Under the pieces are notes generated by a model. It had not been told where the DNA came from. It ran no database searches and was given only the letters and a program-made list of their open reading frames with translations. DNA of 64,000 bases, from positions 5,596,422 through 5,660,421 of the forward strand of contig NC_092678.1 in assembly GCF_964355755.1 (NCBI RefSeq). Direction: 5' to 3'. This document shows positions 13,101 through 26,642 of the stretch, piece after piece. Position 1 is the stretch's first letter, and each line of letters starts with the position of its first letter. A program made the position numbers and the translations under genes. The stretch is from Antedon mediterranea (taxonomy: Eukaryota; Animalia; Echinodermata).

Positions 13101-16100
13101 TGGATAGTTCTGACATTGCAAAGCAGATAAATCTATGTACATATTCTCTTGATTGTGTCGCAGCCACAGATAAACCCTTTGATCTTCAAGGATCAGCATC
13201 CTCTTGTTAGATTGCCTTGGCTTGATAATGATAAATTATATATTTTTCGATATTTCACTAATCATTCAATTTTAACCCTAATTTCTTTGATAAATTCACA
13301 ATGTAGATGTTTGATGACATAAAAAATTGAATATGTTATATTTATTTAAACTCACCACTGTTTCCTTCTTTCCCATCAGGTAAAGCTTCACAGAATGGGT
13401 TCACCCTCCTCGGAGGGCCATCCTTCGGTTGTGACCTGGTGCTGGGAGTTGCATGTCGCTCGACTGGAGAAATCATATCAAACTGAATTGGTGTGGTCGG
13501 CAGGACAACGTCCAATGGGGATGGAGGAGGCGTTGATGGCGTCTCTTTGTAAGAGTTTGTGCTTCCCTGGTGGGCATCCTGTCTGGAACTTTACAACGGA
13601 GAACAATTTGACAGTTATTACCGATTAATGGTGAGTCTAAAATATGTACCTGCCAATTGGAACTCTAGTCTATCGACAGCACACACGGTACCCATTTATT
13701 ATCTTGGGTGAATATAACTTGTGTAACCCAGGATTTTAAATTAGGTGCCTATGCATTGAAATATTCCAAATTTAGGAGTAGCGAGGGGAGGGGGGCTGAC
13801 TGGCCTCTGTGGATTTGTCTGTGGTATTAGGTGAGCAACATCCAGAAGCAGAAATTAAGTTACAATTGAATTAATTAAATTAACACAACAAACATTTACA
13901 TTGCATAATTTTTATAATATTACTATATCATTATAATATACATAATGTATATTTTTATACTTCCTCAGTTTATCAAATTATAATTTATAGTATAAGTTGT
14001 GCTTCATATAAAAAAATACCTATATGGGTTTTGATCATGCAGTACTGTTGGAATTCTTTGTGGTCTTGTTGGTGCTTGCTGGATGGAAGATGCCTCAGGA
14101 GCAATCTAAAACAATTTGATAATAATCATCATTAGACGTAATAGAACAGGGTGAAGGTCTGTCTACACTATCAAACTAGTTTGACAAAAAGTGTGATTTG
14201 CTCAAATATGGTAGTGATATTTCTAAATGTGGTAGTAATATGATATCATCAAATTCATAAATGGGCACATCACATTTTTTTGTCACATACAGTTTGATAG
14301 TCTTGACAGAGCTTTATAATACCTGTAGACCAAAAATTATGCAAACTCAAAATGATTAGTGCCTAGTGAGCTCTCTAATAAACTTCAATTTATATAGCAC
14401 AGTTAAACATTAACATCACAGTGTGATTAGAACAACAATTGAAATGAAATTCTCACTCTTGGAGTGTGTGGGTGAAATCCGCTGGACAGATTCCTTATTG
14501 TTGATATCCATTCTTCCCTATCAGATCCACTGAATGCCTGTAGTGTTATACTCCTGTAACAAATTCACATTTTTTTTTTAAAGTTTACATAATTCTAACG
14601 ATGTAAAAACAACATAACATAATACATGACCAACACAATGGACATGCCAAATAAGCACAAGTATATCGAAAAAACCTTTTCTTTTGGTTGACAGAATTCT
14701 TACTTTTTACTATCTGTAGGAGGAGTTATTTGAAAGACATATCGGCGGTCATCCACATCGGCACAATTTACAGTGCTGTTTTCCAGGTCCACCACAAGAC
14801 TTCCTGCAATCTGGAAAAACAGGTACCATCATAAACTACCAAATATGGTTTGGCATTTATCAATCTTTTTGCTTAAGTAAAAATAGCTATAAGTAGTGCT
14901 TAAGTGAAAACTGAGGCTATTATTTATCAAACCAGTTCTTTTTATCTTTACTGACTTAAGCAAAAACATTTAATTAAAACAAAAGTTTTTTTGCTTAGCA
15001 CATTTGATAAATCTGACATCTGCACTTGAACTTAGTGGGCCTTCCTGATACTCAATTCTTTGTCATGTAAGGTATTGTAACTGATGAAACTATGGTTAGC
15101 CTTATAATGTTCTTCAGACTGGGTAATCATCAGGAATAGTCCTGAACAGGGAGATGAGCGCCCCTGCCCACCGATGAGTTTCGGGATCCCTTTGACCCGG
15201 AGGGAGAGTACCCGTCAGGGTCCCTACCAAGGGTTACAGGTCCCAGGTTTTTAGTTGTTTTTAAAATTAATTAGTGTTCCATGACCTTCTCATCAAAATT
15301 AACGTCTCTCATTGTTGTGCTATGTCAACATAATGTCAATGACGGCGAAATGTCCCCAATAATGGTGATAGCTATGCAAACAAGTAACAAGACTGGTCTA
15401 ATTAAAAAATATATAACATTATGTACCTCTCCTTTGGCTTGACTCATGAGGTTTGTTCCCTGCGTGAAGAAGTATTCTTTTTCCCAACGATGTGACAGAC
15501 CATGTTTACTGTTGAGGAAAAAACAACTTGAATAATAATTAACATTGTTTCTCTTTTATAACAGAGGTTTATTAAATAAAAAGTTTTGACAACTCACTGC
15601 CTGATGAGGAGGTAGCTGGATGTCTGTGTTAGATTTGTGTTGATCTTCCTAGCTGGGATCTGCATGTCTGGTGTTGGGTCTGGTGTGAAAAAGTAAGTAC
15701 TATTGGCTTGTATTGAGTCCACCGATTCCTGACATGTTGTTGCTGTTTTTGCCATTGCGTTGTGAACTCTGTTTAAAATGATTAATTTTCGATGAATATT
15801 GGTAAATAACAACAGCGCACTCTCTTTTATGATATATGGAATAATGGTAAAGGATATTGACTAGCATATGAAAGGCATGGGTTTTAGATTTGTCTGTGCC
15901 ATGGTAGTTGTATCCTTAAGAAAGTTACTTCACTGTCAATGAGTCTCATTGTCTTATCCTTTGGGTGGGATGTACTTTAAGGTCTTGTGTAATAAAGAAC
16001 TTATTGTACATTATTGAAAAGAGTAGGAGATCTTATCCCAGTGAGCTGATCATTGTAGGCACAGCACAGCACTGTGACTGCTGTGAGTCCGTAGATAACA

Positions 16101-19100
16101 TAATCTGAATTTCCTCAGATTAATATTCTTGAGGCGCTCAATTTAGGATCAGATCTTTGTGTGAGTAAAGCCAGAAAATTATTTTATTTTAAATGAGACA
16201 GTGAATGCCTGTGGAGTTGTGACTTGGTGGTTATGATGCTTGGCTATCAATGCAAGGGTCTCGTATTCAAGTCCTGCCAGTGTCAGGATTTTTCTATTGA
16301 AAATTTATAAATCCACTCCCAAAGACTTATAATAGACTGTAATATGTAGAGCACCTTGTGTATATGTTTTTCTTGTGAACAGGATTGCCACCTTTAAGGA
16401 GGGTAGTGAATGAATTCGCTTATGGTTATCCTTGGGAATTACCCTAAATATATAAAAACAAAAAAACAATAACCTCACGAAAAACTTACTCATGTGTGCT
16501 TGCGACGCTGTTACTCAGGAACTCTGTCTGGCATGACAGCGTCTCTTGCCCGAGCTTAAAGAACGATATTTGGCTTTGTAGGTACACAACTAATGCCTCA
16601 ATCACTGTCGTCTTTCTTTTATGTTGTAACAGATTTAATCCTGTATACAAATTTAATCCACTCTGCACAAAAAAATCAGACAAAACGTCATATACCTGAT
16701 AGGTAAAGACATTAGGGAGGTTTCGCAACCTTACGAATACGATAACGAAAACGGATACGTCATACATTTGTGAAACTTTTGAGCGGATCCCCATTTCATA
16801 TTCGTGTTGACGAATATCACCAGTCATATTCGTAACTACAAAACGAGTATAGTTTTTGATCTATTTTGCACATTTTGCATTTGAATCAGGAATGATTCCT
16901 GATTATAATATAACTAGCAATTATACCCGCCCCAGGGCGGGTTTCAGGGGCGGGTTTCAAAATTAGTTTACAGCCTTCTCAGTATATAACAACCGACGCC
17001 AGTATCTGTCTATACTCACCAACCTCCACCCCTCTTCAATAACACCCCATACTCTTTCTTAAAAACAAATTCTTCCCAGTGATGGACAAATTCAATTCAA
17101 CCTAAGCTTCGAATTGAGAGGAGTATAGCTACGATGGGTCTAATAATGGTTGAAGTACGTTGTAAATTGTGTAAATAAATAGGTGTCATATTGGCTGATA
17201 ATTAAAATATGTAATTTAGATACTGCGGTCCCCCAGCCTTCTTTCTCCTTTCACCACCCCAGCCACCAACAACAAACCTTAACTCCTCCCCTGGACAGTT
17301 CAAATTTAGTAACTTTTCCTAGTACAATCCAATCGGGCTACTTCATTACGCTAGTATTTTCGCTCCTCCTCCCCCTACAAACCGGTTGAAGCCGGTTCCA
17401 GTACAAATTATGTTATTATCACTCCCAACCCATAATCCCTCAGTGGCAGTTTTCAAATGTAGTTTAAAACATTCCAAATACAGTTTCGGTCATTGTGATA
17501 GGCCTACATCCCCACCCCAAATTCCCATCCGCTTCCCAGGGATGATTAAATACTTTAACATTTTCCAACCACAATTCTGGTGTAAGCAAAATCCCCACTA
17601 TCCCCTGAACCCAAACTCCCAAACCCTATCTCCCAACCCCACTGGGTCTGTAATGAGACAATCCAAGAGACCGATACATAGCTGGATAATGGTTAAAGTA
17701 CTTTGCTAAATGTGTAATTGAATAGGTGTCATATTGGTTAATGAATAAAATATGTATATCTATATCTATATTTCCCCAAACGCCTTGCTGAGGATAATTA
17801 AAATACTGTCAAACTTTAGTAGTATAATTTTACAATTCGATAGCGTATGGTTACGTGCAGAAACGGAAATTTGTATAACGAACAAACATCGAAAGTGGGG
17901 GTTTTGACCACATTTTGGTCCCTAACATGGATCCTAGGTGGCGGATGATGTTGAAATATAGCTTAGAACATTCCCGGTACAATTGCGGTCATTTTGATAC
18001 CCCATATGTAAGATTATGTGCAGTAACAAAATTTTGTATAACGAACAAACAGACAAACTCTCTCACTTATAATATAGATTACCGTACTGACGCGGGTATA
18101 AGCCCACCCCCCTCGAACATGAAATCACGTCAAGTTTGGGGGGTGGGCTTATACCCGAGGATCTAAAAATGCAGATCGTCAAAAACAGCACATGTACACT
18201 GTGTATTCCACCATGCGAGCGAGCGCCCTCACGTGTACGACGTTGCCTCTAATTAATACACAAGGTAGTTCGTGTAATTTATCGTAGAATATCTTATTTT
18301 AAACATCAATTTAACAAGAATTTATCAAGCAGAAAAGCAAGTATACAATGTTCGTTAAATAGAAATGTACCAAAGAAATTTAATAAGCTTGTTTATGGCA
18401 GCCGATCCCAAATAGTGGTTTTCCGTTTTGGCGACTTGTAGCGTCGTGTGTGAAGCGATCTTCGACCGCGATGGAGTGTAAACATAACAGGACCGCTAGG
18501 CCTCATATGGCCTAGCGTATATTAGCCTAGCTTGGTTATGATCAAAGGTAGGTGTATTCGGTGTATGGACGTCGCCAAATACAAAATAATGTATTACGAC
18601 ATACACTGTAGATCTTCGAATTAATGGGTGGGCTTATACCCGAGTTCCTCATTTTTCATGAAAATTAGTCAAAAGTCGGGGGTGGGCTTATACCCGAGTA
18701 TGGGCTTATACCCGCGTCAGTACGGTATAGATTTATTGAAAGTAATTTACTAAAGTAATTTACTAAAATGCCAAGTCAATTTTGATAAATAGCAGTTTTT
18801 AAAGTCCTCACTCGCTTTGATGTTACGCTAGGCCTAGGCAACCAAGCAACACGTACCTGCGCTCAAATTTACCGCAGTCATATTTTGGACGCGCCTCAAT
18901 ATTTCGTTGCCATGTGAAACAGATTTTTTTATGGCTTATGAAAACGAATACGTGTGCTCCGTTTTCGTTATCGTATTCGTAAGATTGCAAAACCTCCCTA
19001 TCTTCTCATATTTGAGACACCATGCCATATTGAATCAAATTGTGAACTCTAAAAAGCAGGCTCTCGGATTTTGTCCACAGATTAGAGCAGTTATAGACCA

Positions 19101-22100
19101 TGTACACTTTAAACGAATTCACAGCCATCCCAGTAGTACACCTATTTGATAAAATAATGTATTGACACATGACATAAAATCAACCAATCGAATGGCAAGG
19201 ATACTATACCTGCATTAACTTCTTTCTGACACTGCTTAGTTCATCAGTACAATCAATTCTAGCTTTGGTTTCGTTTTCTTTTTTCTTACTAATTTTACAG
19301 TATTTGCCGAGAACTTGTTCGTGCTCTAAAAAACGATGAATACAATATTTTCTCCACATATTACTCAATTCGCACATACAATAAACATTTAGTTAAAGTA
19401 ATTACATCTATAATAACCTTACCATGTTACAATGCTTTTAAAAAAAATTATTATTACCTTGATCTAAATGATGATACACTTCGCGCATACTTGTAATATC
19501 CGCAATGTCGCCGTTTAAAAACGATGACAGTCTCTGCAATACGCCTTCACTAACCTGCGATGATAACACTGTGTACACAGAGCTTATCTGAAATTAAAAT
19601 TAACTTTATTACAAAGAAATGTCTTTAAAAATATTTTTTTTAATTGATTGAAATTGTCAAGCATGTTAAAACGTGCAAATCCTTGTACAATATACAAGCT
19701 TAAATCTATAGAAAACGAAATTTATAAAAGAATACTTCTAGGCCCAGAAAAGTAATCTTGAATTGGGAAGAATAATTAAATTGCAGGGATGCGTGTATGA
19801 TTTGAGTTGGGGGGGCGGGGGGGGGGGGAAGTGAGTGGCCGAGGTTAAGACAGTGGAACCGATATCAATAGCATTGTGGCTCACTCGCTTCATGGTTCTG
19901 GTGGTAGATTGAGTCTTCTCGGATAAAGACTATAAACCGTAGGTCCAGTGTACACAAAATGCTCATGTGCACTTTAAAGAATCTAGTACATCTTTCGATA
20001 CAAGTTGGGGGTTACCCCGGTGTACTAACCCACACAGCCACTGTTGTGGACAGACGAAATAGTAGTTGGCAGTACCGACATGACATAACATCTAAGTCCA
20101 CAGTGCATTGAGACAACATTGTTTGTTGAATGCGCTATAAATAATTATAACATAACTTACGTCGTTGATCGTCATGGCTAATTGCTTCAGAGTTGAACAC
20201 AGTACACTGTCATCCCGTTCAATCGGGAATTTCTGTCGACAGAGATTGTTATGGATATAATCAATAACAATAACAAATTTTCATTTATCACTTTGATATT
20301 TGTTCAGCATATCCAATTCATTAACTAATCACCTTTGGGGCAATTATATGAAAATTTGTATTTTACATTAGTAGATTTGAATGAAAAATATAGTTAGGTA
20401 GCAAACGCCATAATAAAAAATATAGCATGTAGTTTGATAAATCAAAAGAAGCATTAATTAAAAAAACGTGTCAAAAACCTTTGTGAAATATACACATATG
20501 GATGTATCACAATGAATTAAAGAATGTTCATGTAAATTTTAAACTCACCCATCGTTCAAACTCCAGCGCTTTGCTTGCTAGTTCTTGCATGGCAACACAG
20601 AGTGAATTCTATTGGAAGAATGCAATGTAATTATTAATTTATGAACCATATATGGATACATTTAGAATCACATGTCATTTATTCCATCTTATTATTCTTA
20701 AACAAAATATGTATTTAACTCTGATTTACTGGTTACACACAAATTGAAAGTGAAACTGAATTACATCGGGTTAAAAATTGTATACCGTAATACTGCATTT
20801 TGTTGTACTGTATATAGTAGTAGAAACCCCTTATTCAAGGGACACTGACATTATGTGTGTTTGTTTTTATTTAAAATCTATATTTATATACAAATTCAAA
20901 ATAGGTATAAGACAACTCAATTAAACCCCAAACGTGTCACCTTAAGGCGTTCTACTATATTTTATTTCACTTTCAAACAAAGTGTAATTTCATGGGTGTA
21001 TTGTTTTTTAAAGTTTTATTTATTGCACATGTAAGCGCTGCTCTAATCGATGATAAAAATTGGCTACAAAACATTATTGTAACATCCTGTTTGCATATAG
21101 TATCAAGTATGTATAATTCATATTAGCATGTACACTTCAAGTAGATAAGAAGTAGACCTAGTGTTTAACCACTTATGTTCTACTGTAATGGTGCGACAAT
21201 TGAGTGTTGAGAAAAACAATTGTTAAGCTATGTATACACTATCGAAGTTTATTTGACAAACAAAATGTGATGTGCCCATATATGGACATGATGATGTCAT
21301 ATCACTACCATATTCGGGCATATCACCACCATATTTGAGTACATCACACTTTTTTTGTCAAACTAGTTTGATAGTGTAGATATAGCTTTATGTCTTTTGT
21401 GGTAGACTCCTATTCTGGGGACACTTCTATTCAGGGCACACCTCTATTAAGGGGACACATTCCTCTGAACAAACTGGGTAAATATGTTTAACACTACTCA
21501 ACCTTTATTAGGTCCGCAAAACCGTTTCAATGTTTTTATTTACAGAGAATCCATTAAAAAAGCAATATTGCGATAATATTTATTTTGGATAAATGTTTTA
21601 CAATTTTTCAGAAAATTTGAGTCTAGTTATAGAGGCTTCTACATTAAAACAAACTAATTAAACTCAATGTTATATTATTGTAAATAGTAAACAAATGTAG
21701 TTACACTACAGTAACTACAGTAAAATAATTTTGACATAATCCCTTTAATCTGAAAGAAAGAGTTAAACAGAAGGATTTGATTATGAATTTATTGAAATAG
21801 CAACTTTAATTTCTTTGAGAAACATTATAAATGCATGACTTGTGGTTATTATTTTCATAATCCACAGTTAAATGCAACAATTTTGCATAAAGAATTTCAG
21901 CTCATAATTTAAATGTATTGTTACTTAACAGACCATGTCAGTACAACAATATTGTAACAATGTGTATTTTTTTTTACTAGCCCACACTGGGCAATTAGTT
22001 GTAGTTTTAACTTGCCCGATTGTCCTTCTATTGCCCGACTTTAAAACAATAATTGTTTTGTTACTTTTATAGATGTTTGGCATTTTTATTTCAAGTTTTG

Positions 22101-23132
22101 GCAACCTGATATATTACTTACAGGGAAAGTGACAATAAACGACCTACGTGCAAAATTGTAAAAGGCCTATATATTCGTTTTTTAATATATTCTCTGTTTA
22201 ATGAATATAACGGCTTTGGTCCCAACAAGGTGTAGACTGTTTTAGTGTTAAAACAAATTATATTCATTGTTCCCATATTTACTTACCTGGTAGTCCAATA
22301 TTCGTTGACACGATTCTTGAAGACTCTTCACATATTTTGCTAGCATTGCAGAATCTTGTTCAAACAATCCAAGTAAATATTGGGACTATAAATTAAAAGA
22401 TGAATTTCACACAAATAAAAGGCAAAATACCATGTCAATATATATATAATACATTTAGCATTATAAAAAAACCACACTATTTATCACACCCATAGTAGTA
22501 GACCTACGTTGACATAACAGTATGCATATTAATACATTTTTGTTCAATATACAAAAAATTGGCACAAAGTTCTGGACTGACAGACTTAAACAGGATATCG
22601 AAAAGAGGTCAATAATTTCCTGATGCAATATTCATTGTATTTTAATATGTTAATATTTGATCATTGCTTATGGGTTAACATCACCATATTATAATTTATT
22701 GTGTGTGATTATCGAAAATGAAACATATTTATAATACTTAATAATAGAGAAGACCCAATCAACTGCATTATGAGTCATCCATTCTACTTGCACTTTAATT
22801 TAACAATGTGTCAATTCTAATCTAGGATTGACTATTAAAAATTAGCGCCGAATGAGCACTTTTAAAATGGCTGAATACATGGGTGGAAGTCCTATCATTA
22901 AACTATAAGTAACATACGTCAAACAGAACAATAGTTGACATAGGGCCAAGCCCCCAGAGTAAAGGCCGTACGGTATATCTACGTACACAAAAATAATCTG
23001 TGAATAAGTTTTTCTGTTAATAACCGTATGCCAATAAATTATACATATATTTTCTTATCTGACGGTACACAAAGTATGGATAATTACCTGCGGTGAGTCT
23101 TCCTTGACATCTTCCAACCTAAGGCCTTCCAT
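10176..23132 (-). CDS. APPL1: APPL adaptor (DCC-interacting protein 13-alpha-like; BAR-PH-PTB), 17 coding exons, about 718 aa
   Basis: Exons in transcript order: 23132-23088, 22385-22287, 20608-20549, 20232-20161, 19587-19458, 19325-19210, 16662-16490, 15768-15598, 15508-15427, 14810-14704, 14553-14457, 14105-14020, 13588-13356, 13044-12861, 12608-12522, 12243-12069, 10415-10176. All introns are GT-AG, phases are consistent, total 2157 nt. APPL-like motifs: EDSPQ, LLGLFEQD, QISFFKLG, YFFTQGTNLMSQAKGE, DDRRYVFQIT, TPIQFDMISP, RRVNPF, IRFLGSVEVK, RQIMAARAIHNVFRMSESH, HQENKRLF. The last Ser-rich exon is the least certain. Confidence 0.93.
14154..14314. mobile_element. ~160-bp palindromic MITE
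   Basis: TIR ctgtctacactatcaaact / agtttgatagtcttgacag. Confidence 0.75.
15850..16070 (+). mobile_element. Degenerate SINE (Deu-domain-like)
   Basis: taaagaacttattgtacattattgaaaagagtaggagatcttatcccagtg resembles the core of the copies at 19833 and 24945. Confidence 0.45.
16213..16470 (+). mobile_element. tRNA-derived SINE, second copy
   Basis: ggagttgtgacttggtggttatgatgcttggctatcaa...ttcaagtcctg aligns with 8392-8693. Confidence 0.8.
16914..18731 (-). mobile_element. Non-autonomous Helitron-like element
   Basis: On the minus strand it starts TC(TATA) and ends CTAG, with a subterminal GC hairpin (cccgccccagggcggg). It lies between A and T with no TSD; internal duplicated blocks. Confidence 0.7.
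18082..18725. mobile_element. Tc1/mariner-type MITE B nested near the Helitron end
   Basis: Perfect TIR ccgtactgacgcgggtataagccca / tgggcttatacccgcgtcagtacgg; TA on both flanks; subterminal gggcttatacccgag repeats. Confidence 0.9.
19833..20150 (+). mobile_element. SINE with Deu-domain-like core
   Basis: tRNA-like head gagtggccgaggttaag; core gtcttctcggataaagactataaaccgtaggtcc...ggggttaccccggtgtac resembles the DeuSINE central domain (recognised from memory); ends gcgctataaata. Confidence 0.6.
21225..21388. mobile_element. ~160-bp palindromic MITE
   Basis: aagctatgtatacactatc ... gatagtgtagatatagctt. Confidence 0.75.
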
Positions 23133-23599
23133 TGTTGATTTTTTTTTAAAGATTTTAGGCCTAGCCTAGCCCACTTTCTCCGTCAAAATTGTTTTGCATT
23201 CACTTTATTTATTTCTGGGTTGATTTCGCGCGAAATTGGTGGCGCTATACTCAAATTTGCCTGTTCCATTTTTTATGTAGGGTTTAACTTTAATATTTAA
23301 AGTCCTAAATAAATAGTATAAACATTTAATATAATGATAAAACGCAATACACATCATTTCCAAATTTAATTAATTACTTTATGCTCGAATAATGTAAACA
23401 ATATTTTCTTATTTTGTAAGAATTTAATGGTATTATTACTCAATCTCCACCTATTTATTTTGGCCGATTCTGTTGACCATGCCCCTGTTACGCTTCATTG
23501 ATCATCAAAACAAAAAACAGTTTTACGTGTGGCGGTGTGGTTTTAAACTTGCTTTTGCCGGTTAATTAACATAGATATTTTTATAAATAGAACGTACAG
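23133..23599. promoter_or_regulatory. Probable bidirectional promoter region of APPL and RENBP, with a putative RENBP non-coding first exon ending at 23599
   Basis: Head-to-head genes; local CpG enrichment; palindrome ATTTCGCGCGAAAT (E2F-like) at about 23223-23236; donor-like cag|gtagac at 23599/23600. Confidence 0.5.
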
Positions 23600-24805
23600 G
23601 TAGACAGTCGTCAAAAAAGTAACAAGAATATTCTGTAGTTTAGGAAGAATGTACGGTACTAGCTATATAGCTAGCTACTTTATTTAGAATACTACATATC
23701 TAGGCTACTAGTATAAACTTTAGTACAGAGTACTATTAAGTATTAACTACTCTAGCACTGTAGCAGGATTCTAGAGTTTGCTAGTATATTTACTATAAGA
23801 TTATACCTGATAGGCACTTTAGACTTTTCAAGGATAGGAGAGTGTAGATGACCTAGGCCTACATCAATTGAAAATACTGCTGTAATCCTGGGGAAGGTGG
23901 TCGGACACCCTACAAACATTATTTGGTTTGTGGTCACACTTCTCTTGTGTCTATTATTATACTGAGCGTTGGGCGTGCCCTTGTTTTTAAATGGGCCCTT
24001 ATGTTGACACAGGAACTGATTGTAACTAGTTGGGGTTGCCTTATAGCACACCGACGCGATTTGTAGTTGTATATGCACCAGTATGCGCGAGCGATTTTAC
24101 AGTAAAATCGAACTGATCCCTACTGGTCGTGATTACCCATACCGTACTCGTGACTCAATTCTAAGTTTTCTGTTTCGGAATAAATAGAACATAGGCAACT
24201 GAAGTTGCTCGGAGCACTTATGTCGACACAGTTGAGTTGAGTTTCATGTTGACATAGAGCACCTTAATTAGTACAGTGCATGTCGGATTGTCAGTCACCA
24301 TACTTTACCCCAAAAATTCCCTCTAGCTAGGTAATGGCATTCAATTGTTAGACCTTATGTCGAGTACATCCACGATAGCTAGTAGTGCTCGGGTCGCACG
24401 TTAACCCACACCCCCATGTGTGAAAGGTAAAAATACAGTATTTTTACTACTTTTTGATATCTATTTTTGACAGACTATTAATATTATGTTCGTGCTCCTC
24501 CATCTAGAATATTCTGCATCCTCCACTGCATGTACCCATAAGCAAGGATGTAGTTGAGAAGTATTGGGATGGGTGTCAAAGGTTAAGGACAGGTTGCTTT
24601 ATAGCATATGCTCCTGCTTTTTAGCATACGTAATGTAGGTATCTAACCTTTAGTGGGTGTTGTGTTGAAATTTGTCAACATCACAATTACATCCATGGAT
24701 ATTCCCTCATAAATTTAGAGTTAAGAATAAAAATTAAAATATTCTTAATTTCTTTTCAATCAATTTAGATCAATATTTTGAAGCAACGAATTGAATTTGA
24801 CTAAA

Positions 24806-26642
24806 ATGGGTTCAGTATCAAGAATTGAAGAGTTTCTTTCAAAGATGGAGATGGAATTGGACACGGCTGTTAACTTCTGGCTCAAGTATTCACATGATGA
24901 CAAACATGGGTAATTATGACAATATAAACTTAATTAGCATAGAGCAGTTGAGTGACGCAAACTATAGCCATCAAATTGGCACAGGCTTAAGACTCTCTTT
25001 GATCATACAGGTAGTTTAGGTGGTGGTCTTCTCAGAGAGAGATACATTTAAAAATGGAGGTCCAGTGTGTACATCTCGCTCATGTGCATGACTTTAGACA
25101 ACCCAGTGGTTTTTTTGGAAGAATAGGGGGGTTACTCTGGTGTACTGGTCCATCTCATCCCCTATCATGAACAGAAGAATGACACAGTTGGACCTTTAAG
25201 CTTGAATTCCATTAGAATGCACAAGTGCAAGCACTACACCAACAAGTTGACGAATCACAAGTGACAGTTTAAATAATCCATCACTTGTGAGTAGTCAAAT
25301 TACGGGTGTTGTGCTTACATCCTTGTGTTGCGAGCAGGAACGCTAGTAGTAGACCAAACCAAGTACCGTTTTTGATTACGATCATGTTGGAACTTACCTC
25401 ACGACGTTAAATAATCCATCGTTTGTGAGTAGTCAAATTACTGGTGTTGTGCTTATCCTTGTGTTGCGCCCTAGTGGGAACCAAGTTTTAGGGAAGATGA
25501 AAAGTGTTATTGTTTGTAACATCTAGTTCACCACTTGTAATTTAGAGTGCAATATAAATAATATTCATTATCCATCCATTGCATAGATGTAATGCATTTT
25601 TGTGCACTATTTCTTTTATTTTTTTGTGTTGTTTTTTAGAGGCTTTTTCACATGCCTAAGTAAAGATGGCAAAATATATGATGAAACTAAATATTGTTGG
25701 TTGCAAGGACGACAGGTATGGACGTATTGTAAGCTATACAACACAGTACCAAAATATCACACAGAGCAGGTGCTACATGCTGCTGTTAAGGGTATGTACA
25801 ATCAGTGCCAATAGGCCTAAGATTTGCATTAATTGAATGCTGTCCTCTTTTAATTCTTGTGTAGTTTTATGGAACAACTTTTTTCTTTATAATTCATAAC
25901 AACTATAGCACTGCAATCGTACCCAGACTCCTGCCGAGTTTTCGAAATCTCCCATTTCCTATAAAGGTGCATTTTCTCTAAAGGTGCATTTTCTCATGTT
26001 TTAAATATAAAATGAGTATCATGTTAATAATAGTGCTCATATTTATTTTTTAAGCAACAATTTGCCATACTTTGTGCCCCAGCCAGCATACTCATTGTTT
26101 TCTATAGATGCTGATTTTTATAGAGCCCTCTGTGTTTTTCTGATATATTTTTTTAAATATAATGTCCTTTTTTGTTTATCTGCGCTGATAATAAAGTTTC
26201 CCAATATTTCACTTTCTCAAGATTAGTTGGGACCACTGTAGTTGACTATGGAAAAAAAAATGTCTGAATGGATACACATTCACTGTGAATCATAAGCATG
26301 GTTTGAAAACCTTATATGGTGCAAAGCTTTTAATAACTGAGTGTTACAAAAAAAAACAACTAATTGACGGTATATCTTCTAAACAATTTACAATATTAAA
26401 AATGTTTTCAAAGTATGAATAAAACAAGACTAATTTATTGAATAACTGTACATTTATAATTATTACTTGCAGGTGGAGAATTTCTGATGAAGCATGTGAA
26501 AAGTCCAACAAGTGATAAATGTTTCTTCTCTGTGACAAGAGATGGACAACCAATTAAGGTACAAAGGACAATATTCTCTGAGTGTTTCTATCTGCTTGCC
26601 ATGTCGGAATTAGGAAGAGCTACTGGTGAACAGAAATACAAA
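24806..26642 (+). CDS. RENBP: N-acylglucosamine 2-epimerase (renin-binding protein), first three coding exons: 24806-24909, 25640-25791, 26473-26642; remainder not seen
   Basis: [35 protein letters not shown]|[33 protein letters not shown]...AAVKG|GEFLMKH...[36 protein letters not shown] matches the RENBP N-terminus; GT-AG introns in phase. Confidence 0.93.
24945..25160 (+). mobile_element. SINE (Deu-domain-like), degenerate copy
   Basis: ggtcttctcagag...ggaggtccagtgtgtacatctcgctcatgtgca...ggggttactctggtgtactgg aligns with the 19833 copy. Confidence 0.6.
25198..25490. mobile_element. MITE-like element with internal duplication
   Basis: Imperfect termini aagcttgaattccattag / ctagtgggaaccaagttt; block aaataatccatc...gtgagtagtcaaattac..gtgttgtgctta present twice. 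Confidence 0.55.

Larger units (their letters stand above)
16714..18999. mobile_element. MITE A, second copy, interrupted by nested insertions
   Basis: 16714-16913 and 18732-18999 together reproduce 7785-8272. Confidence 0.85.

Noticed and set aside
16697-16827. N-terminal part of ORF 16486..16827 as coding sequence
   Set aside because: It runs through MITE A; only 16490-16662 aligns with APPL
23752-24430. 108-aa ORF and CpG-richer block upstream of the RENBP coding start
   Set aside because: No recognisable protein motif or definable termini; probably an unclassified repeat
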